A stretch of 64,000 nucleotides of DNA, from contig OZ253462.1 in NCBI GenBank assembly GCA_965261395.1, positions 2,848,001 through 2,912,000 of the forward strand. Reading direction: 5' to 3'. The first letter of the stretch is position 1. Each line of letters opens with the position of its first letter. Below are positions 57,551 through 64,000 of this stretch, piece by piece. Origin of the DNA: Candidatus Latescibacterota bacterium. Lineage in GTDB: Bacteria > Latescibacterota > UBA2968 > UBA8231. The position numbers and the translations under genes are program-made. The notes under the pieces were generated by a model. The model saw only the letters and a program-made list of their open reading frames with translations, ran no database searches and was not told where the DNA came from.

Positions 57551-59044
57551 TCAAGAACCGGCCACCCGCAAACCTGCGAGTACCTCGCGGAAGCTGTTGA
57601 GACCTGCCTCTATGTTCTCGATGATCTCCTCGGCGAGCTCGTCGGGATCGGGCAGGTTGTCCAGGTCTGTCAGGCTTTTGTCCTTGAGCCAGAAGATGTC
57701 GAGACTGGTCTTGTCGCGCGCGCTGATTTCCTCGTAGCTGTAGCTGCGCCAACGGCCTTCCGGTGCGTCGTTTTCGTCCCAAGTCGCCTTGCGCTGGTGT
57801 CGGTTCTGGGGGTTATAGCAGTTGATGAAGTCCGACAGATCCTCGAAGCGCATCGGCTTCTTCTTCAGCGTATGGTGAATATTGGTGCGGTAGTCGTAGT
57901 ACCAGACCTGCTTCGTCCAGGGGTTCGGGCTGGCTTCGTGGTTGTCGAAGAAGATCACATTGGCCTTGACGCCTTGCGCGTAGAACACGCCGGTCGGCAA
58001 GCGCAGGATGGTGTGCAGGTCGGTGTTGTCCAGCAGCTTCTTGCGGATCGTCTCACCGGCACCGCCTTCAAACAGCACGTTGTCGGGAACGACGACGGCA
58101 GCACGGCCAGTGGTCTTGAGCATTGTGCGGATGTGCTGCACGAAATTTAGTTGTTTGTTCGAGGTCGTGGCCCAGAAGTCTTGGCGGTTGTAGGTGAGGT
58201 CGTCTTTCTCCTGTTCGCCCTCCTCGTTTGTGAAGCTCATGGAGCTTTTCTTGCCGAAGGGCGGATTCGCGAGGACATAATCAAAGCGCTCTCCGCCATC
58301 GGCCACTAGCGAGTCATTGGGCGATATGGGTACGCCACCGTCGATCTCGCCGATGTTGTGTAGGAACATGTTCATCAGGCACAGACGGCGCGTATTGGCG
58401 ACGATCTCGTTGCCGTGAAACGCCTTGTGTTTCAGGAACTCCTTTTGCGACCTATCGAGATTGAAGTTGGCTGGATTGGTGATGAAGTCGTAGGCGGCGA
58501 GGAAGAAACCGCCTGTGCCGCAGGCCGGGTCGGCGATGAGCGTGCCCGGTTCGGGCCGGACGCATTCGACCATAGCGCGGATGAGGGCGCGCGGCGTGAA
58601 ATACTGGCCTGCACCTGACTTGGTATCTTCGGCGTTCTTCTCTAGGAGTCCTTCGTAAATATCTCCTTTCACGTCGGCACCCATGGTCACCCATTCGGTG
58701 TCGTCCACCATGTCGATGAGGCGGAACAGCTTTGCCGGGTCCTGGATCTTGTTCTGGGCCTTGGTGAAGATCTGGCCCAGCATGTCCGTCTTGGTGCCAA
58801 GCTCGCGAAGCAAGGTGACATAGTGGTTTTCGAGTTCCGCACCGTTCTTCGATTTCAGGCTCTGCCAGTTGAATTCGGCTGGGATGCCGACGTCGCGGTT
58901 GTACGGTGGTTTGGCGTATTCGTCGGCCATCTTGAGGAAGATCAGATAGGTGAGCTGTTCTAGGTAATCGCCATAGCTCACCCCGTCATCGCGTAGGGTG
59001 GTGCAGAAGCTCCAGACTTTGGAGACGATGGGAGCGGTGTTCAT
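57551..59044 (-). CDS. hsdM: Type I R-M methyltransferase subunit
   Basis: GQYFTPR, DPACGTGGF, NPPF and LRLPTG motifs. Confidence 0.95.
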   Translation of the reverse strand: MNTAPIVSKVWSFCTTLRDDGVSYGDYLEQLTYLIFLKMADEYAKPPYNRDVGIPAEFNWQSLKSKNGAELENHYVTLLRELGTKTDMLGQIFTKAQNKIQDPAKLFRLIDMVDDTEWVTMGADVKGDIYEGLLEKNAEDTKSGAGQYFTPRALIRAMVECVRPEPGTLIADPACGTGGFFLAAYDFITNPANFNLDRSQKEFLKHKAFHGNEIVANTRRLCLMNMFLHNIGEIDGGVPISPNDSLVADGGERFDYVLANPPFGKKSSMSFTNEEGEQEKDDLTYNRQDFWATTSNKQLNFVQHIRTMLKTTGRAAVVVPDNVLFEGGAGETIRKKLLDNTDLHTILRLPTGVFYAQGVKANVIFFDNHEASPNPWTKQVWYYDYRTNIHHTLKKKPMRFEDLSDFINCYNPQNRHQRKATWDENDAPEGRWRSYSYEEISARDKTSLDIFWLKDKSLTDLDNLPDPDELAEEIIENIEAGLNSFREVLAGLRVAGS

Positions 59045-60192
59045 GTGGGAGCATTCTTTCGTTTGATTTGTTCGGCGAGCGCCTCGCCTTGAGCGGTTCG
59101 GCGATAGCGCTGGTTTTGGCTATTCGGCTTGTCGGGGAGGGTCATTTCAACCAGCTTGGCCTTGAGGGCGGGCTTTAGATAGGCGGTGGTGAAGTGGCGG
59201 CGGTGTCTCAATTGCAGCGCCATTTGCAATTCTGTCCGGCTCATCTCTCTGGTGAGCGCAATCACCAGTTGCTCAACTTGGTCGGTCACTTGGTCGGTCA
59301 CTTGGTCGGTATGCCGCATATCGTCTTGTTTTATCAATGACTTATCTTGTCCGGTCTCATGTTCGGTCGCCGCAAGAGAAGCCCGTTCATGCACTGGCAA
59401 TCGCACCAGAAACCAGGTTCGGTTCTCGTCGCTTTCGAAGATGGGTTCGGGTGAGCCGTTCTGCCGCATGGCCCGGAAAATCTTCGGCACGCCGGTTGAG
59501 CGCGCCTCGGCGAGGTCGAGTTCTTTCAGAAACATCGTCTCGGGCGGGCCGCCGACGATATTCAGGCGCTTGCCCAAGTCCTCAACAGATAGGCCCTCTG
59601 CTTCCGATGCTAGTTCGCTGCCGATTTCCCCGAGAAACTCACGGATCAGCCGATGGGACAGGTCATCAAGCGAAGCAGTCTGGCGATAGCGGTCGTCAAA
59701 AGGTACTGTGGCCGCCAGACTGAGCAGCTCACGCTCGTCCTGACCCTTGGCGCGAACCGTGCTGCTGTGTCTGCGAATGAAGTAGGCCCAATCGTTGCGC
59801 TCCGCACTCAGATTCACTTTGGCTTTGTAGGGACGGGTTTCGCCGCCGGGCACCCAGAGGACGAGGATGGTCTGGCCATCGACGTTATAGGTAGCGGTGA
59901 GGGGATGGTAATGCGGCTGTATGGCGGCATGCCCCAGATTGAGTAGTTCCTTCTGTATCGCATCGATGGCATCGGGCCTGATGCCCTTGGGCGGCAAAAT
60001 TGGGCGGCCATTTTGTTCCTCGACGCCCAAGACCACGTAACCGCCGCCTAGATTGTGGAAGTCGTTAGCGAAGGCGCAGATGGTATGCAGCACGCTCTGC
60101 GGATTCCAACCAGCTTTGTACTCGATGCGTTCGCCTTCGACGGTGCGCTGGCGCAGCAGGTGGTCGATGTTGATGGGAAGTTTGCCGGTCAT
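59041..60192 (-). CDS. AlbA_2 domain protein with HATPase_c_4 remnant and C-terminal HTH (apparently internally deleted)
   Basis: IEYKAGWNP, CAFAND..GGYVVLGV; then ELDLAEARSTGVPKI; TDQV x3; MTLPDKPNSQNQRY. Confidence 0.8.
   Translation of the reverse strand: MTGKLPINIDHLLRQRTVEGERIEYKAGWNPQSVLHTICAFANDFHNLGGGYVVLGVEEQNGRPILPPKGIRPDAIDAIQKELLNLGHAAIQPHYHPLTATYNVDGQTILVLWVPGGETRPYKAKVNLSAERNDWAYFIRRHSSTVRAKGQDERELLSLAATVPFDDRYRQTASLDDLSHRLIREFLGEIGSELASEAEGLSVEDLGKRLNIVGGPPETMFLKELDLAEARSTGVPKIFRAMRQNGSPEPIFESDENRTWFLVRLPVHERASLAATEHETGQDKSLIKQDDMRHTDQVTDQVTDQVEQLVIALTREMSRTELQMALQLRHRRHFTTAYLKPALKAKLVEMTLPDKPNSQNQRYRRTAQGEALAEQIKRKNAPT
59276..59310. repeat. 12-bp tandem repeat (~3 copies) encoding TDQV
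   Basis: ACTTGGTCGGTC x2 plus ACTTGGTCGGT. Confidence 0.9.
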
Positions 60193-61730
60193 GCTGTTGC
60201 TGTCGTGCGTCTGCGTTTCGCCCGCGTGTTGTTTTGAGATCGTGCAGCTTTTTCGGCTTTGATGCGCTCAAGAAGGATGGATGCAGGCTCGTCATCTGGG
60301 TCTTGCGGGACGAGTTGGCCGGAGAATGCTTTTTTCAGGAGGGATTGGCGCAGCATCTCCGCCTGATTCAAGGCCGAATCGATCTCTCGCTCCTGCTGCT
60401 CGATCGCCGCGAATCGCTCCTCCAACAGTCGGACAATTTCTTGCTGTTCGGCCAGAGAGCAGAGAGGGAGCGCGATCTGAGCAAACTTGAATGCACTTAA
60501 GTGGTTGATTCCCACGCCGCCTGCAACTTGAGCAAATTTCCCGCTCACATAGAAGAAGCGATACAACCAAAGCAGATAAACCGCATAGTCACGACAATAT
60601 GGTTGATGCCTGATAACGGTGTTTTGAAAGCAGCAATTCGGGATCTGATCGTCCCAAATCGCTGGCTTTCCGACTTGCGCTGCGCTGCCGGATGCTTCAG
60701 ACAGCACCAAATCACCCTTTTCCAAACGGTATACGCTTAGTTCGTGAGGAAGGAAGTCCATGTCGAGAACGTCGTCCAAGTCCAAACCTTGTTCTGTAAT
60801 GTTCGCAGCTCGGATGTACTTCGTGGGGTAATCCTTAGACCTGTTCTTTGGAGAACGTTGTCGACCAAGTTGGACGATTCCTATAGACTCGGCGGTCAAC
60901 CATAGCCAACCACTCGGCAGTGATTCTAGGTGGTCAGTCTCCTCTTCTGCCATCGTTGAAACTGGCTTGGGCATTCTTGACCGTGCCGGCCTCTTGCCTA
61001 ACTTGCCACCTTCCTCCCATTCCTTTACAGCAGCCTTCCACTCCTGAAGTTGCTTTTCGTAACGCGCTTCCCGCTCCTGTTTGATGCGAGCGAGCAATTG
61101 TTCGGGCGTCTCAAGCTTGTCTTTGTTCTCTTCGCGCCATTGGGCCGTGAGCTTGCCTTCGAAGGCGTGTTTGAGCACGGCTTGGTGGTAGATATTGAGC
61201 TTCGCCCGCGCCGCCTTCAGGCTCTCTATACCCTTGTCCAGTTCGGAAAATAGTTCCTCGATCTTGGCGACGATGCGGCGTTGTTCATTCTGTGGGGCAA
61301 GAGGAAGTTTACTCTTTTTGAGAAATGCGTAATGCCTTGAATACCCGCGATCCGGCAGACGCAATGCCCTGCAAGCATAGTACGCGAAACGTTCGTTGAT
61401 AGTAATTGGCCTGAGCACCTTTACTCCGTCGGCACCAGGAGCGAATCGAAATCCGACTAGCTTGAAGCATTTTGTATGATCACCAAAAACTATCAGGGCA
61501 CGATTCGGTCGGATGCTCCTTGATGCGTCATTTGTGAACCCTCCAATTAAATTGACTCCCTGATCAACTATCGGAATCGTGCCGGAGGAAAGATACTCTT
61601 TTTGCGGAATCTTGAGATGCGAAAGAGAAATGTTTTCGAATGCATCTTCAAAATCTATTTGCTCCCAATGCGGTGGGATATCCAGCGGCGTTGGTGTCCA
61701 TTCATCTGTGTGGGAAGAAAGATTACTCAT
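60189..61730 (-). CDS. hsdS: Type I R-M specificity subunit
   Basis: Two TRDs with the conserved regions EQRRIVAKIEELFSELD and EQQEIV...LKKAFSGQLVPQDP. Confidence 0.92.
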   Translation of the reverse strand: MSNLSSHTDEWTPTPLDIPPHWEQIDFEDAFENISLSHLKIPQKEYLSSGTIPIVDQGVNLIGGFTNDASRSIRPNRALIVFGDHTKCFKLVGFRFAPGADGVKVLRPITINERFAYYACRALRLPDRGYSRHYAFLKKSKLPLAPQNEQRRIVAKIEELFSELDKGIESLKAARAKLNIYHQAVLKHAFEGKLTAQWREENKDKLETPEQLLARIKQEREARYEKQLQEWKAAVKEWEEGGKLGKRPARSRMPKPVSTMAEEETDHLESLPSGWLWLTAESIGIVQLGRQRSPKNRSKDYPTKYIRAANITEQGLDLDDVLDMDFLPHELSVYRLEKGDLVLSEASGSAAQVGKPAIWDDQIPNCCFQNTVIRHQPYCRDYAVYLLWLYRFFYVSGKFAQVAGGVGINHLSAFKFAQIALPLCSLAEQQEIVRLLEERFAAIEQQEREIDSALNQAEMLRQSLLKKAFSGQLVPQDPDDEPASILLERIKAEKAARSQNNTRAKRRRTTATA

Positions 61731-61731
61731 G

Positions 61732-63855
61732 TTACGCCGCTAACGCCTCATTCAATTCATCAATTACATCATCCATCCGGTCGCCGAAGAGCTTGTACAT
61801 CTGCCCCATTCCGCCTTTGCCATCGAATGGAGCCATGTCCAGATCGTCGCGGCCCTTTGCTTCGATTTGGTCTGGGTCGATGGCCTTCAGCAGATTGCCG
61901 ACGATGTTGGTGAGTTCAATGCCGCCAGCCTTTTCTCGGATACGTTCCTGCTCAGCGTGGTCGAGTTGTCGGTTGAGTCGGGCGAGGTGGCCGGCAAGGG
62001 AACTCACGGTGTCTTCGTTGTACACGCCCATCATCACGCTCATGGCGAGGTCCTTGAGTGGCACGGAGGGTTTGGTGATGAGCGGCTGGCTGGCGGTCTT
62101 GAGTGATTTCGTCACGCCGACGGCGTCCACGATCACATAGTGGGTCTTCCCACTGACAGCAGAAGGCGAAACTTTCTTGAGATCGTCGTGGTCGAGTGTG
62201 CGCGTGCCACGGCCCTTCATCTGCTCGAAATAGTTGCGACTCCTCACGTCGCGCATGAAGAGCAGGCATTCGAGCGGCCTGACGTCGGTACCCGTGGCGA
62301 TCATATCCACGGTCACAGCGATGCGCGGGTGGTAGTCGTTGCGGAACTGGGCGAGGACAGATTTCGGGTCTTCTTCGGTTTTGTAGGTGATCTTCTTGCA
62401 GAACTCGTTGCCTTCGGCGAATTCCTCGCGCACGGTCTGAATGATGTCGTCGGCATGGCTGTCGGTCTTGGCAAAAATAAGTGTCTTCGGGACTTCGTCG
62501 CGGCCCGGAAATATCTCACGCAGTTTGTCGTGGAAGGTGCGGACGACGGTGCGGATCTGGTCGGGGTTGACAACGGAATGGTCCAGTTCACTGGCGATAT
62601 AGGTGACGTCCTCGTCCTGAATTTCCCAGCGCTTTCGGCGCGTCAGACGCTCGCGCTTCTCGACCTCCTGGAGGGCCTTGAGCTGGCCGCCATGCTTCGT
62701 CCTTTTCGTGTCAATGACATAGACTTCGTTGCCGACATTGACACCGTCGGCGACGGCTTGCTCATGGTCGTATTCGCTGACGACGTTCTTCCTGAAGAAC
62801 CCATAGGTGCGGTTGTCCGGCGTAGCGGTCAGGCCGATGAGATAGGCGTCGAAGTATTCGAGGACTTGACGCCAGAGGTTGTAAATCGAGCGGTGACATT
62901 CGTCGATGATGATGAAGTCGAAAAACTCGGGTGGAGTCTTGTCGTTATAGACAGCCGACATCGGTTCTTTGGGCTTAACCATTTCCGCCGGATTGATTTC
63001 TTCGACGGATTCGTCCAACTCCTCGTCCTTCAGCAGCGAATACATGCGCTGGATGGTGCTGATGCAGACTTGGCTGTCCTTGGCGACGAAGGACGATTTG
63101 AGGCGCTGGACGTTGTAAAGCTCGGTGAATTTCCGGTTGTCGTCACTGGGCACGTAGGCCATGAATTCCTGCTCGGCCTGTTCGCCCAGATTCTTGGTAT
63201 CTACGAGAAAGAGGATCCGCTTGGCGTCAACGTGTTTGAGCAGCCGGTAGATCGAGCTGATAGCGGTGTAGGTCTTGCCCGAGCCAGTGGCCATCTGAAT
63301 GAGGGCGCGCGGGCGATCATCTTTGAAGGATGCTTCGAGTTTCTCGATGGCGTTGACTTGGCACGCTCTCAATCCGGTGGGGTCTAAACTCGGTAGCGCT
63401 TGGAGCCGCTCACGAAGCGAGGCCGACTGGGTGCACCATTCCTGCATTGTCTCCGGCCGAGGGAAGTTGAACACCTCCCGGGAGCGGGGTTTCGGATCGC
63501 GGCTGTCGGTGAAGCGCGTGAGCACACCGGTCGTTTCATAGGCGAATGGCAGGGGTTCTTGATTGTTCACCCACTTGAGGTTGGCAGCGGCATAAGTGAG
63601 GGATTGTTCCTCGACTGTAGTGATCTTATGGCCCAAATCCTCACGCTTGGCCTCGACCACGCCGACGGGTTTCTTGTCGATAAAGAGAACGTAGTCGGCT
63701 GGGCCAACATCCGTCTGATACTCACGAACGGCGATCCCGAAGCCAGCGCTGAAGTCGATTTTCTTGTTGTCCTGAACTATCCAGCCCGCATGGGATAGCT
63801 GTTTGTCGATTTTGTCTCGCGCCGCCTGTTCTGGCGTCTGATTGTCACTCGGCAT
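61732..63855 (-). CDS. hsdR: Type I R-M restriction subunit (C-terminal region appears shortened)
   Basis: ADY...VEAK nuclease motif; MATGSGKT, DECH, TAT and QMKGRGTR helicase motifs. Confidence 0.9.
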   Translation of the reverse strand: MPSDNQTPEQAARDKIDKQLSHAGWIVQDNKKIDFSAGFGIAVREYQTDVGPADYVLFIDKKPVGVVEAKREDLGHKITTVEEQSLTYAAANLKWVNNQEPLPFAYETTGVLTRFTDSRDPKPRSREVFNFPRPETMQEWCTQSASLRERLQALPSLDPTGLRACQVNAIEKLEASFKDDRPRALIQMATGSGKTYTAISSIYRLLKHVDAKRILFLVDTKNLGEQAEQEFMAYVPSDDNRKFTELYNVQRLKSSFVAKDSQVCISTIQRMYSLLKDEELDESVEEINPAEMVKPKEPMSAVYNDKTPPEFFDFIIIDECHRSIYNLWRQVLEYFDAYLIGLTATPDNRTYGFFRKNVVSEYDHEQAVADGVNVGNEVYVIDTKRTKHGGQLKALQEVEKRERLTRRKRWEIQDEDVTYIASELDHSVVNPDQIRTVVRTFHDKLREIFPGRDEVPKTLIFAKTDSHADDIIQTVREEFAEGNEFCKKITYKTEEDPKSVLAQFRNDYHPRIAVTVDMIATGTDVRPLECLLFMRDVRSRNYFEQMKGRGTRTLDHDDLKKVSPSAVSGKTHYVIVDAVGVTKSLKTASQPLITKPSVPLKDLAMSVMMGVYNEDTVSSLAGHLARLNRQLDHAEQERIREKAGGIELTNIVGNLLKAIDPDQIEAKGRDDLDMAPFDGKGGMGQMYKLFGDRMDDVIDELNEALAA

Positions 63856-64000
63856 TCAGCTCATCCGCCCTTCGCCTGTGGCCCGGAGCGCATGAGAGGA
63901 TCATCAGTAAGGAACTCCCGGTGATTGCCGATCTGTCCGTATGAACTCATAGTGCACTTGGGAGGCAGGTGTACTCGTGTATAGATAGATTAAGGCGTAT

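Noticed and set aside
59276-59310. TDQV repeat as a phase-variation switch
   Set aside because: The 12-bp unit keeps the frame, and such linker repeats are common before this type of C-terminal HTH.
62140-63387. Long antisense ORFs (this 415-aa one, also 35882-36895 and 815-1528)
   Set aside because: They lie opposite well-supported genes, have no motifs, and are expected in GC-rich DNA.

Overview
A gene-dense, GC-rich bacterial window with about 50 CDSs. I see no rRNA, tRNA, CRISPR array, integrase or transposase. The backbone is catabolic: four enolase-superfamily enzymes, four PhyH-type Fe/2OG oxygenases, MDR and Fe-ADH dehydrogenases, a sulfatase, IlvD, Eda, a HAD, glutamate decarboxylase and MlrC. 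It also carries Kelch, ankyrin and VIT-VWA proteins, the last with a 'PNPFN' FlgD-type tail. This content suggests an FCB-group (Latescibacterota-like), possibly sponge-associated organism; that is inference only. Main observations: (1) At 21.2-27.9 kb, three defence-type cargos (XamI-like R-M, AlbA_2/Schlafen, PD-(D/E)xK nuclease-HEPN) are stacked between duplicated, decayed copies of the flanking host genes HAD and ilvD, with no recombinase nearby. (2) An ankyrin gene is bounded by complementary integron-like core sites and an attC-like hairpin (14.8-16.2 kb). (3) amtB-STAS converges on a complete SBP/HK/REC-PP2C/RsbW partner-switch operon. (4) A PhyH protein has an HxA halogenase-like motif. 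(5) A type I R-M locus shows apparent in-frame internal deletions. (6) There are several short gene stubs and a frameshifted DUF1998 helicase-exonuclease fusion. All family calls come from motif recognition, not from database searches.
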